Assembly: GCA_016291435.1 (NCBI GenBank)
Contig: JAEEXH010000001.1
Location: 59,661-123,660 of the forward strand
From: Oscillospiraceae bacterium
GTDB taxonomy: Bacteria; Bacillota; Clostridia; Oscillospirales; Ruminococcaceae
DNA: 64,000 bases
Direction of reading: 5' to 3'
In this document: piece by piece, positions 34,536 to 43,799 of the stretch
Numbering within the stretch: the first letter of the stretch is position 1
How the letters are laid out: every line of letters starts with the position of its first letter
Notes under the pieces: model-generated
Databases searched by the model: none
The model's input: the letters and a program-made list of their open reading frames with translations, nothing else
Told to the model about the DNA's origin: nothing
Made by a program: the position numbers and the translations under genes

Positions 34536-35930
34536 ATGAAAAACACGGATAAATCTATGGACACGCTCGTCGCCCTCTGTCAGGGACGCGGCTTTGTGTA
34601 TGCAGGCTCCGAGATCTACGGCGGTCTGGCAAATACATGGGACTACGGTCCGCTCGGCGTGGAGCTCAAGAACAACATCAAAAAGGCATGGTGGCATTTC
34701 TTTGTGCAGGCAAATCCGCACAATGTCGGCCTGGACAGCGCCATCCTCATGAATCCGCAGACATGGGTCGCGTCGGGTCACCTCGGCGGCTTCTCCGATC
34801 CGCTCATGGACTGCAAGGCGTGCAAGACCCGCCACAGAGCCGACAACCTCATCGAGGATTTCGACGGCACGAATGTCGCAGGCTGGAGCAATGAGCAGAT
34901 GGTCGATTACATCCGCGAGAAGGGCATCGTCTGCCCGAACTGCGGCAAGGCGGATTTCACCGACATCCGTCAGTTCAACCTGATGTTCAAGACCTTCCAG
35001 GGCGTCACCGAGGGCTCTGAGTCTACGCTCTATCTCCGCCCCGAGACCGCACAGGGCATCTTTGTCAACTTCCAGAACATCCAGCGCTCGACCCGCCGCA
35101 AGGTGCCGTTCGGCGTGGCACAGATCGGTAAGTCCTTCCGCAACGAGATCACGCCCGGCAAGTTCATCTTCCGCGTGCGTGAGTTTGAGCAGATGGAGCT
35201 CGAATTCTTCTGCAAGCCGGGCACTGACCTTGAGTGGTTCCAGTATTGGCGCAGCTACTGCAAGGACTTCCTCACCCGCATCGGTCTCAAGGAGGAGAAT
35301 CTCCGCCTGCGCGACCATGACCCGGAGGAGCTCTGCTTCTATTCCAAGGCAACCACCGACTTTGAGTATCTCTTCCCGTTCGGCTGGGGCGAGCTCTGGG
35401 GCGTTGCCGACAGAACCGACTATGACCTCACGCAGCACAGCAAGGTTTCCGGCAAGCAGCAGGATTATTTCGATCCTGAGACAAACGAGCGCTATATCCC
35501 CTATGTCATCGAGCCGTCGCTGGGCGTGGAAAGACTGTTCCTCTCCGTGCTGACGGAAGCCTATGACGAGGAAGTGCTCGGCACCGACGACAAGGGCAAG
35601 CAGGATGTCCGCACCGTGCTGCATCTGCACCCGATGCTCGCACCGTTCAAGTGCGCAGTGCTGCCGCTCTCGAAGAAGCTCTCCGAGAAGGCACGCGGCA
35701 TCTATGACATGCTCTCGCAGCACTTCATGGTCGATTTCGACGACACCGGCTCGATCGGCAAGCGCTATCGCCGTGAGGATGAGATCGGCACGCCGTTCTG
35801 CATCACCTATGATTTCGACACCGATGAGAAGGATCAGTGCGTCACTGTCCGCGACCGCGACACGATGGAGCAGGTTCGCATCCCGATCAGCGAGCTGCTC
35901 GCATATCTCTGCGAAAAGCTGGTCTATTGA
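34536..35930 (+). CDS. glyQS: glycine--tRNA ligase (homodimeric class II type)
   Basis: [43 protein letters not shown] and [25 protein letters not shown]. The start is ATG 34536 or ATG 34557; the track start at 34467 lies inside the promoter. Confidence 0.9.
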   Translation: MKNTDKSMDTLVALCQGRGFVYAGSEIYGGLANTWDYGPLGVELKNNIKKAWWHFFVQANPHNVGLDSAILMNPQTWVASGHLGGFSDPLMDCKACKTRHRADNLIEDFDGTNVAGWSNEQMVDYIREKGIVCPNCGKADFTDIRQFNLMFKTFQGVTEGSESTLYLRPETAQGIFVNFQNIQRSTRRKVPFGVAQIGKSFRNEITPGKFIFRVREFEQMELEFFCKPGTDLEWFQYWRSYCKDFLTRIGLKEENLRLRDHDPEELCFYSKATTDFEYLFPFGWGELWGVADRTDYDLTQHSKVSGKQQDYFDPETNERYIPYVIEPSLGVERLFLSVLTEAYDEEVLGTDDKGKQDVRTVLHLHPMLAPFKCAVLPLSKKLSEKARGIYDMLSQHFMVDFDDTGSIGKRYRREDEIGTPFCITYDFDTDEKDQCVTVRDRDTMEQVRIPISELLAYLCEKLVY

Positions 35931-36031
35931 TCCGCTGTCCGATCAGACAACCAAACGGGCTTCCGCATTTGCCGTGGAAGCCCGTTTGTTATCAATGCGC
36001 AATATCGGCACATGCACGGATCAAAATATGA

Positions 36032-36185
36032 TTTTGAAAATCCCTTTTAGAAATTGTGTTGCTAAGATAAATCGGAATTTGCACGGAGCCCGTGCAGGCA
36101 TTTTGCCTCCGGGAGGCGGGAAAGAGAATGTGCAGCAGCTATGTATGACGCTGCTGTTCGCAGCTTTTGGACGCACCGGCGCAGC
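36032..36185. repeat. ~150-nt repeat, right copy (inverted relative to 33025-33178)
   Basis: ttttgaaaatcccttttagaaattgtgttgctaagataaatcggaatttgcacggagcccgtgcaggcattttgcc...cagcagctatgtatgacgctgctgttcgcagcttttgg. Confidence 0.8.
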
Positions 36186-36418
36186 TGAATAAATCCTGCC
36201 GATTATCAAGGCATTTACCGAAACAGGCGCGAACAGCGCCGTCGCCGGTGCATTGTCAAGCACGGGATATTTGGACGACTTGAGAATAACGCCCGCGGGT
36301 GGCTCCCCACTGGGTGGGGAGATGTCCGAAGGACAGAGGGGACGGGCGGTTCCGCGCCCCGCTAAATTCTGATTTATCGCAGGAACATTTTTCTTAATTG
36401 GGAGTTTTTGAAAAAAAC

Positions 36419-36446
36419 TGTAAGATTCCGCCGTCATCTGCGTCTT
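36419..36446 (+). promoter_or_regulatory. ECF-type promoter TGTAAG-N16-CGTCTT
   Basis: TGTAAG (36419-36424), a 16-nt spacer and CGTCTT (36441-36446), followed by atagACAGAAGG. It lies about 25 nt upstream of the sigma ATG. Confidence 0.55.
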
Positions 36447-36471
36447 ATAGACAGAAGGGAGGAAACCGCCC

Positions 36472-36954
36472 ATGATTGAAGCGCTTTACAATCAATATTT
36501 TCACGATGTGTTTCTCTATCTCAAAGCCGTCACCCGCAGCGAAGACCTCGCGGAGGAGCTCACGCAGGAGACCTTCTTCAAGGCGATGCAGGCACTCGAT
36601 ACATTCAAAGGCGGCTGCGATGTGCGCGTGTGGCTCTGTCAGATCGCGAAAAACTGCTACCTCACCTACTGCCGCAAGCAAAAGCATTTCACGGGAGAAG
36701 AACTCCCCGAGGCCGTCCCCGACCGCGCTGCACCGCCTCAGCTCGCGCTTGAGGAGCAGGAGACCGTGCAGGAGATTCACAGGATCCTGCATGAGATGAA
36801 AGAGCCCTACAAGGAGGTCTTCATGCTCCGGGTGTTCGGTGAGCTGTCCTTCAAACAGATCGCCGCCCTCTTTCACAAGACAGACAACTGGGCTGCTGTC
36901 ACCTTTCACCGCGCAAAGCTCAGAATTATGGATGAACTGGAGGAATCAAAATGA
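36472..36954 (+). CDS. ECF sigma factor
   Basis: 160 aa. DLAEELTQETFFKAMQALDTF...WLCQIAKNCYLTYCRK and region 4 FKQIAALFHKTDNWAAVTFHRAKLRI. Confidence 0.88.
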   Translation: MIEALYNQYFHDVFLYLKAVTRSEDLAEELTQETFFKAMQALDTFKGGCDVRVWLCQIAKNCYLTYCRKQKHFTGEELPEAVPDRAAPPQLALEEQETVQEIHRILHEMKEPYKEVFMLRVFGELSFKQIAALFHKTDNWAAVTFHRAKLRIMDELEESK

Positions 36955-37607
36955 GCAAACAGACATGCGGAATGATCCGCGACCTGCTGCCGATCTATGC
37001 AGAGAATATGTGCAGCGAAGAAAGCCGGCAGGCTGTTGCAGCGCACCTCGCTGAATGCAAAGCGTGCAGCGAGGCGCTCCGCAAAATGAATACCGAAGTC
37101 CGTGTCAAGGCGGACGATGACATTGCTGTGATGAAGCGCATCAAGCGCCGCATCCGCATCGAGAAGATCGTGATCGGCGCCGCGGTGACAGCCGTGCTGC
37201 TGCTGGCACTCTGGCTGATCGGCTTCACGCTGCTGAATTCCGACACGGAAATGGACTACAACCGCTATAACCTCGATACGTATGTGACCGTTGAGCTGGA
37301 TGAGAACGGCGACCTCTGGCTCGTGCGCGACGGGCTCGCGATGACTGCGGATATGATCTGTCCGACGCTCTCTGACAAAAACGGCAATCACTTCGGCTAT
37401 GATCAGGGCTTCGACAAGGAGACAAAATGCGGCATGGGCTACACCCTCCGTCAGCGCAAAATCGACGCATTTGCGTACACTGACCTTTCGCTCGGCGGCC
37501 CCGTGCGCTCGCTGATCTGCAATATCAACGAGAAGCCCGAGATCACCTATGTTTTCTACTATGAAGCGGAAACGAACACAGAGCATGTGCTCTGGGAAAG
37601 GAGCTGA
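36951..37607 (+). CDS. zinc-finger (ZAS, HxxxCxxC) anti-sigma factor, single-pass
   Basis: ATGA overlap with the sigma stop. HLAECKAC motif and one TM (IVIGAAVTAVLLLALWLIGF). Confidence 0.8.
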   Translation: MSKQTCGMIRDLLPIYAENMCSEESRQAVAAHLAECKACSEALRKMNTEVRVKADDDIAVMKRIKRRIRIEKIVIGAAVTAVLLLALWLIGFTLLNSDTEMDYNRYNLDTYVTVELDENGDLWLVRDGLAMTADMICPTLSDKNGNHFGYDQGFDKETKCGMGYTLRQRKIDAFAYTDLSLGGPVRSLICNINEKPEITYVFYYEAETNTEHVLWERS

Positions 37608-37610
37608 GCC

Positions 37611-37886
37611 ATGCAGGAGAAGAAATTTTTTATCCCGGCGACCGTGCTTGCAGCGGTCGGATGCGTGTGCGCATTCCTGATGCTGCCGGTCGAGGCGATT
37701 GCAGCGGGCTGCATCGGGCTGCTGCTCTCTGTGATGAAGCGGCGCACGCACAGGACGAAGCTCCCGCTGGTGCTGAGCATCATCGCGCTGATCGCGGGGG
37801 CAGGCGTGCTCTTCTGGTTCTTCTATTCCGGCGCAAAGGGCATTGCAGGCACCGAATACTGGTTCTATAAGCTCTTCCATTCGTGA
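37611..37886 (+). CDS. small membrane protein (3 TM)
   Basis: 91 aa. It starts 4 nt after the anti-sigma stop, and the sequence is hydrophobic throughout. Confidence 0.6.
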   Translation: MQEKKFFIPATVLAAVGCVCAFLMLPVEAIAAGCIGLLLSVMKRRTHRTKLPLVLSIIALIAGAGVLFWFFYSGAKGIAGTEYWFYKLFHS

Positions 37887-37887
37887 C

Positions 37888-38060
37888 GCTGTGACGATCT
37901 CCCGCCGGGGGCAGCGGCCCCCGGACCCCATTGCAAAATGCCCCCTGCCCGAACACGGGCAGGGGGCATTTTGAGATAGGGGAGTCTGAGGGGATCGCTA
38001 TCCCCTCAGCAGGGGCGTGGGGACGGAGTCCCCACATAGAATCCGCGGGGAAAGCAGCCG
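37888..38060. repeat. hairpin-chain mosaic repeat containing a strong terminator
   Basis: ccgccgggggcagcggcccccggacccca (related to 1205-1232 and 45010-45036), gaggggatcgctatcccctc and ggggacggagtcccc. Confidence 0.7.
37935..37972. terminator. bidirectional intrinsic terminator
   Basis: 16-bp stem aaaatgccccctgccc (37935-37950) pairs with gggcagggggcatttt (37957-37972). Confidence 0.85.
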
Positions 38061-38069
38061 CCGGCGGGA

Positions 38070-38822
38070 TCAGGGCGTGCAGAGATCCTTGATGACCTCG
38101 CCGGCGAGGATCAGCCCCGCGACGGACGGCACAAACGCCGTCGAGCCGGGAATATCCCGCCGCACCGTGCATTTTCTTGTGCCGGGCGGGCAAACGCAGT
38201 GCGACGCGCAGGGTGCCGCCGGATCCGTCAGCGGGCGGCGCGGCACCTCCTCCGAGTAGACCGTCTTCAGCTTCTTCACACCGCGCTTTCTGAGCTCATA
38301 GCGCATGACCCTTGCGAGCGGGCAGACCTTCGTCTTGTAGATATCCGCGACACGGAATGCCGTCGGGTCGAGCTTGTTGCCCGCGCCCATGCAGGAGATC
38401 ACCGGCGTGCCCGCTGCCTGTGCCTGCATGATAATCTCAATCTTGCCCTTCACGGTGTCGATCGCGTCAATCACATAATCATAGGCGGAACAATCAAACT
38501 GATCCGCAGTCTCCGGCATGAAAAAACAGCGGTGCACATTTACAGTGATCTTCGGATTGATGTCGCGCACACGCTCTGCGGCGACCTCAACCTTATACTT
38601 CCCGACGGTGCTGTGCAGCGCGATGATCTGCCGGTTGATGTTCGTGACGCAGACCTTGTCATCGTCCACAAGATCGAGCGTGCCGACGCCGCTGCGGGCA
38701 AGCGCCTCGACCGCATAGCCGCCGACGCCGCCGATGCCGAACACCGCGACGCGGGCGTTTTTCAGGCGCTCCATTGCCTCTGCACCGAAGAGCAGCTCTG
38801 TGCGGGTAAACTGATTCGTCAT
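38070..38822 (-). CDS. tcdA: tRNA threonylcarbamoyladenosine dehydratase (ThiF/HesA family)
   Basis: ATG at 38822 (MTNQFTRTELLFG). VAVFGIGGVGGYAVEALARSGVGTLDLVDDDKVCVTNINRQ. Confidence 0.8.
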   Translation of the reverse strand: MTNQFTRTELLFGAEAMERLKNARVAVFGIGGVGGYAVEALARSGVGTLDLVDDDKVCVTNINRQIIALHSTVGKYKVEVAAERVRDINPKITVNVHRCFFMPETADQFDCSAYDYVIDAIDTVKGKIEIIMQAQAAGTPVISCMGAGNKLDPTAFRVADIYKTKVCPLARVMRYELRKRGVKKLKTVYSEEVPRRPLTDPAAPCASHCVCPPGTRKCTVRRDIPGSTAFVPSVAGLILAGEVIKDLCTP

Positions 38823-38823
38823 G

Positions 38824-39714
38824 TTATGCCTCCTCCTGTGTGCCGCCGCGCCCCTGCCCCGAGACCGTGCCGTGATTTGTGATGCCGGCATCGTAGGTAT
38901 CGAGGAAGTGATGATACTCCTCGCCGCGGTGATAGGAAATGATCGTGTTCAGGTTGACATTTTCGACGCTGCGAAAGATGTTCATGTCAATCGCCGGGCT
39001 CTTTTTGCGGAGCTCCCGGAGCAGGAGCTTGACCTCCTGCCGCTTGGAGCCGCCTGTTTCGCAGGTGACATTCTGCTGCGTGACGCTGCATGCACAGCGG
39101 ATGAAATGCAGGCCGTTATGCTCTGCCCATTTGATAATATCCGCCTCCCGCACCAGATACATCGGGCGGATGAGCTCCATCCCGGCGAAGTTCTCGCTGT
39201 GGATCTTCGGCATCATCGTCTGCACCTGCGAGCCGTAGAGCATACCCATGAGGATCGTCTCGATCACATCGTCGAAATGATGCCCGAGCGCGATCTTGTT
39301 GCAGCCGAGCGACTGCGCGTGCTGATAAAGATGACCGCGGCGCATTCTTGCGCAGAGATAGCAGGGGTTCTGCTCGATCTTATCGACCGCGTGAAAGATG
39401 CGCGTATCGAAGATCTGAACGGGCACGCCGAGCCGCTCCGCATTGTCGATGATCTGCTGCCGGTTCTCGGGGGCGTAGCCGGGATCCATGACGATGTATG
39501 CCGTCTCAAACGGGATCTTGCTGTATCGCTGAAGGCGCTGCATACATTTTGCCATGAGCATGGAATCCTTGCCGCCGGAGATACAGACGGCGATCCTGTC
39601 GCCCGGCTGAATGAGGTCATAGGTACGGATGCCCTTCAGAAATTTTGTCCAGATGCTGCGCCGGAATTTGCCGACAATGGTCTCCTCGATGGCATTCGGA
39701 ATTTCGCGTGCCAT
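38824..39714 (-). CDS. ttcA: PP-loop ATPase, TtcA-like tRNA 2-thiocytidine synthase
   Basis: ATG at 39714 follows AGAGGAGA. SGGKDS PP-loop (VCISGGKDSMLM) and Cys motifs PCYLCARMRRG and CACSV. Confidence 0.8.
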   Translation of the reverse strand: MAREIPNAIEETIVGKFRRSIWTKFLKGIRTYDLIQPGDRIAVCISGGKDSMLMAKCMQRLQRYSKIPFETAYIVMDPGYAPENRQQIIDNAERLGVPVQIFDTRIFHAVDKIEQNPCYLCARMRRGHLYQHAQSLGCNKIALGHHFDDVIETILMGMLYGSQVQTMMPKIHSENFAGMELIRPMYLVREADIIKWAEHNGLHFIRCACSVTQQNVTCETGGSKRQEVKLLLRELRKKSPAIDMNIFRSVENVNLNTIISYHRGEEYHHFLDTYDAGITNHGTVSGQGRGGTQEEA

Positions 39715-39858
39715 AACGTCTCCTCTTTTCACATTGATTTGATAGGTTATAGATACTATTATACACAAAAACCGTTTCTTTGTCAAGGCAGCGCGAGAGA
39801 AAGCGCCCCCGATACACGCAGTACCGGGGGCGCTTGTTCAGTTTGCATGATATGCCGT

Positions 39859-39975
39859 GGTATGCAAAATACCGGGGTATGCACAATACCGGGGTATGCA
39901 CAATACCGGGGTATGCACAATACCGGGGTATGCACAATACCGGGGTATGCACAATACCGTGGTATGCACCATACC
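39859..39975. repeat. tandem repeat: 7 copies of a 17-bp unit, each containing the palindrome GGTAT-N5-ATACC
   Basis: GGTATGCA(A/C)(A/C)ATACC occurs at 39859, 39876, 39893, 39910, 39927, 39944 and 39961, an exact 17-nt period. The five central copies are identical. Confidence 0.95.
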
Positions 39976-39976
39976 G

Positions 39977-42900
39977 TCACCAGCGCCAGTCCTCCCAGAG
40001 CCGTCCGGCTTTTTCCTTCAGCGATTCGCCGCGCTTCTTGAGCATTTCATTCGTTCCGGCAATGCTGATCAGCAGCAGACCCGCGATCAGCAGGAAGCCC
40101 CACCATTGCAGATCCATCTTCGTATGCAGATAGACTGCGAGCACAACCAGGGATACGCCGCCCAGCAGGAACCACTTTTTCTGCTTCACATAGAACGACA
40201 CGATGAAAACTGCCAGCGCACAGATCAGCACGGTCAGGAAGTCTGCCAGCGACTCGGAGAAGATCGCCGACCCGCCGAGCCGCAGCATGCTGTATGCACC
40301 CGCAGCAAAGAGCAGGAAGCCGCCGGTCTCTTGGCCGTAGAGCAGCCGGAGCACGACCGCAAAGCCGAGCAGCGGCAGCAGATGCAGCTTGCCCTCCCAG
40401 TAGGTATCCGTGACATGCAGGAAGGGCTGCATCCAGAAGGCAAGCGTCAGGCAGGCGGCGCAGGCGGTCACAAGCCCCTTGCGCACCGCATCCGTCTTTG
40501 CTTCCCGGATAAAATGTGCGAGGAAGCCCGCCGCGAGCACCGGCACGAAGAAATAGATCCAGCTTTGCTCATCCGCGTGATAGTGTACGGTGTCGGATCC
40601 CACGAGGCGCGCCCAGACCGGGATGAACCCGCCGGTCACCGTCAGCGCATAGGAACGGTATTTCTGCCGCTCGGGCTGCTCCTCCTCGCGCAGCACCCTG
40701 CCGAGATAGGGCAGCAGCAGCGTGAGACCTGCAAAGCAGCAGAGCATAAAGATCACGGCGCCGTGTCTGCCGGCATCGGAATAGCCGCTCCACGGCACAT
40801 GCCCGCGCACCGCCTCCAGCGTCACGATGAGCGCTGTGCAGGAGAGCATCGGGAGCACAAACTGTGTGCGCTTTGTCGTCAGCCACGCAAGCACGCTCAT
40901 GCCGACCGTGAACACCGCAAACAGCGCCGCCCATTCGGCTGCGTTGAGCGTCAGCAGGACGACCGACAGCAGCACTGCGGTCACAGGCGCCACGGCCTGC
41001 ATGACCGCGGGGACCGCATCGCCGCCGACAAAGCTGAGGAGCCCTGCGCGGATCACGATTGCCAGAATGCTGAGTGCAATGATCCAGAGCGCCGTCAGCA
41101 TCCAGACAGTGAAGCTGAAGCGGTGTGCGTCATAGCTGCCGAACATCGCCGCATTGACACAGTACCATGTCGCCTCAAGCACAAACCAGATCGACACGAC
41201 AAAGGACGCGGTGCTGAGCGCTTTGAAGCCGCGGTTTGCAAAGAGCCGCCAGAGCAGCAGCGCCATCGCAGCGGCAAAGAGCAGCAGCGGGAGATACCAG
41301 CCCTCATCGGCAAACAGCTCCGCGAGGAAGGCGGGCACCATCGGCGGGAGCGCCGTCAGACCGAAGAACAGCCTGCGGACGCCGTGAAAGCGCTTTTTCG
41401 TGGTGAAATAGCAGAGCAGTGCAAGCCCGTAGGAAACAAGCGACCAGATCAGCACTGCCTGCGAACTGTAATCGGTGCGGTCCATGATGTTCCATGCGCC
41501 CGCAAAGAGGACTGCGGGGAGCATCACGGCATAGCCGTACTGCGGGATGCCCTTTTGGTCGCGGGCAAAGGCGAGGAACCAGCAGACCGCGGCGATCAGC
41601 AGCAGAATGCCGAGTCCCGCTGCGCAGAAGCCGGGCTGCACCTTCTCAGAGTCAAAGAGCGGGAGCGCCTTCTGCATAACGGCAAAGGCAGCACAGGCGG
41701 CTGCAATCAGGAAGCCGAAATCGGAGAGATGCGTGCGGAATTTCTTTGCGGCGCAGAAAAGCAGGAAGCAGCTAAGATACAGCCCTGCAAGGAGCAGCAC
41801 TTTTCCGGCGTCCAGGAGCCACGGCTGTGCGTGCGCGAAGTCATTGCAGAGCAAGAGCACCTCTGCCGCACAGAGGCATTTGAGGAAGATGTCATCGGTG
41901 CGCAGCGTGAGCCATACGGTCACGGCGATCAGCACGAGCATCACGAAGACGAGCGGGAAATTCGCATTGCAGTCAAACTGTGACAGCAGCGAGACCGCAA
42001 TCAGTGCGCAGCTTCCGATGTGAAAGCCCTTTCTGCACTGCTCCGGCAGGCTGTTCGTCAGCAGCATGACCATAAAGAGCATCGCGCAGGCGGCGAATAC
42101 AAGCCCGCTGCATGCGCCGATCCCCCAGAACTGCCATGCCTTTTCGCCGGCATCGGCAGCATAGAGCGGATCAAACAGACGCCAGAAGCCGAGCAGCGCC
42201 GTCAGCCCGACAGGGATCGCGGTGAAATCCCGGATACGGTCGGTGATGACCGGCGAGAAGAAGGCTGCCGCTGCCAGCAGCGCCGCAATGCCGCAGAGCA
42301 TATAGCTGTCATCCGCAGCAAACAGAAACAGCATGGCGGAGGCATTCACGAAGGCATAGCCGATGCTGAAGGGCTCCAGTGCGCGTGCGATCGGCAGCGG
42401 ACACCAGTCCTTAACCGTGCGCGAGAGATACGAGAGCAGCAGCGCCCAGAAGGAGGAGAGCAGCAGGAGCATTGCATACTGGAAATCGTCCTCGAACACA
42501 TCCTTTGCGAGCAGTGCACGGGCGAAATAGAGGTAGCTGCCCGTGAGTCCGAGCAGGAAGGCAACGCCCCACCCAAGCTGCATATAAATGTGCACGGCAA
42601 TCAGGGCGACGACCGTAAACGACAAAAATGCGAATGCGATCAGCAGATTGTTTGAGGGCCCGCTGAGCCCCTCGCCGAGCAGGTCAAAGCAGCCTGCGCC
42701 CCAGACGGAGATCGGCAGGAAGGCGGCACCGATGACGAAGAACGCCATGCCGGTGCGCTCCAGGCTGAATACCTTTTGTGCCAGCGCAGACGCGCCGAAG
42801 AAGAGCACGCTGCCCGCGGCAAGCGTCGCGAGCTTGCCGGAATTGCTGAAGGATGCCCAGTTCGAGAGGACAAAGAGCAGCCCCGCCACAACGATCAGCA

Positions 42901-43549
42901 CGACGCCGACCGAGAGCATGACCGTGATTGCAGAAATCTGCATCTCCTCGCGGCGCACGGGCGCTGCACCGTCAGGCGGCTGCGGGCGTGTGACCGGCGG
43001 CTGCACAGGCGGTACGGGTGCTGCGGGCGGCACGGGCGGTTCTGTGACCTTTGTCTCTGTATCTGCGGCTGCCGGCTCCGGCACGGGTGCATCCGCCGCA
43101 GGAGACTCCGCTGCCGGGAGTTCTGTCTCCGGAGCTGCCGGTTCTGCGGCAGGCACAGCAGATTCCGTCAGCGGCTGCACCGCAGGCTGAAGCGGCGCTG
43201 CGGGCATGACCTGTTCAGGCGGCACGGCCGGCTCTGCGGGCAGGGCGCCGATCGGGGGCAGCGTACCGATATAGGTCGGCGGCACAAACTGCACGGGTGC
43301 GGCGGGCGCGGTCGGCAGAGTGCCGGGCGTCGGGAGCGCATTCTGCAGCATCCCCTGCGGCGGCATCCCCTGCGGTGTGTTCAGCGGTGCATTCTGCGGC
43401 GGAACAGGGGCTCTCCGCGCGCCGGTGAGGAAATCGCGGAGCGCTGCCTGCGTCTGACGGCGGGCACTGCGCTCCCGCAGCCAGAGAATCAGCAGCACGA
43501 TCGGCGAAACGAGCCACAGAATCCCGATCAGAATGAGGATTGCTTCCAT
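39977..43549 (-). CDS. large polytopic membrane protein with an N-terminal TM and a proline-rich linker of about 190 aa (possibly DUF2339-like)
   Basis: 1190 aa. RBS AAAGGAGG. N-terminus MEAILILIGILWLVSPIVLLILWL, then a P/A/V/Q-rich low-complexity region, then more than 25 hydrophobic segments. Confidence 0.8.
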   Translation of the reverse strand: MEAILILIGILWLVSPIVLLILWLRERSARRQTQAALRDFLTGARRAPVPPQNAPLNTPQGMPPQGMLQNALPTPGTLPTAPAAPVQFVPPTYIGTLPPIGALPAEPAVPPEQVMPAAPLQPAVQPLTESAVPAAEPAAPETELPAAESPAADAPVPEPAAADTETKVTEPPVPPAAPVPPVQPPVTRPQPPDGAAPVRREEMQISAITVMLSVGVVLIVVAGLLFVLSNWASFSNSGKLATLAAGSVLFFGASALAQKVFSLERTGMAFFVIGAAFLPISVWGAGCFDLLGEGLSGPSNNLLIAFAFLSFTVVALIAVHIYMQLGWGVAFLLGLTGSYLYFARALLAKDVFEDDFQYAMLLLLSSFWALLLSYLSRTVKDWCPLPIARALEPFSIGYAFVNASAMLFLFAADDSYMLCGIAALLAAAAFFSPVITDRIRDFTAIPVGLTALLGFWRLFDPLYAADAGEKAWQFWGIGACSGLVFAACAMLFMVMLLTNSLPEQCRKGFHIGSCALIAVSLLSQFDCNANFPLVFVMLVLIAVTVWLTLRTDDIFLKCLCAAEVLLLCNDFAHAQPWLLDAGKVLLLAGLYLSCFLLFCAAKKFRTHLSDFGFLIAAACAAFAVMQKALPLFDSEKVQPGFCAAGLGILLLIAAVCWFLAFARDQKGIPQYGYAVMLPAVLFAGAWNIMDRTDYSSQAVLIWSLVSYGLALLCYFTTKKRFHGVRRLFFGLTALPPMVPAFLAELFADEGWYLPLLLFAAAMALLLWRLFANRGFKALSTASFVVSIWFVLEATWYCVNAAMFGSYDAHRFSFTVWMLTALWIIALSILAIVIRAGLLSFVGGDAVPAVMQAVAPVTAVLLSVVLLTLNAAEWAALFAVFTVGMSVLAWLTTKRTQFVLPMLSCTALIVTLEAVRGHVPWSGYSDAGRHGAVIFMLCCFAGLTLLLPYLGRVLREEEQPERQKYRSYALTVTGGFIPVWARLVGSDTVHYHADEQSWIYFFVPVLAAGFLAHFIREAKTDAVRKGLVTACAACLTLAFWMQPFLHVTDTYWEGKLHLLPLLGFAVVLRLLYGQETGGFLLFAAGAYSMLRLGGSAIFSESLADFLTVLICALAVFIVSFYVKQKKWFLLGGVSLVVLAVYLHTKMDLQWWGFLLIAGLLLISIAGTNEMLKKRGESLKEKAGRLWEDWRW

Positions 43550-43699
43550 GTATGCAGACCTCCTTTGCTGTCAGATGGTATATCAAGTGTATTATAGCAT
43601 GATTTGATTAAAAATGCAAGCGTCTGCGGCAAAATACGGGCGTCATGCACAAAAGCAAAGTGAAATCGCGTCTGCCGCTGTCAGAAATACAGAACCTGC

Positions 43700-43729
43700 T
43701 TGACAATCCGGCGATATATATGCTATACT
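43700..43729 (+). promoter_or_regulatory. sigma-A-type promoter upstream of the GH5 gene
   Basis: TTGACA (43700-43705), an 18-nt spacer and TATACT (43724-43729). Confidence 0.6.
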
Positions 43730-43799
43730 GCATGCAGGAATTGCGCCTTCGGGCGGCACTGCAATTCACAGAAATAAACAAGGAAAAAAAGGTACACAC

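Noticed and set aside
39859-39975. Possible CRISPR array
   Set aside because: The units are directly adjacent with no spacers, the unit is only 17 bp, and no cas genes are nearby.
39780-40133. ORFs translating the 17-bp tandem repeat (PGYAQYRGMHNTGVCTI...) on both strands
   Set aside because: The periodic peptide is a by-product of the 17-nt repeat, which cycles through all three frames. There is no RBS, and the stop of the real upstream gene is at 39977.
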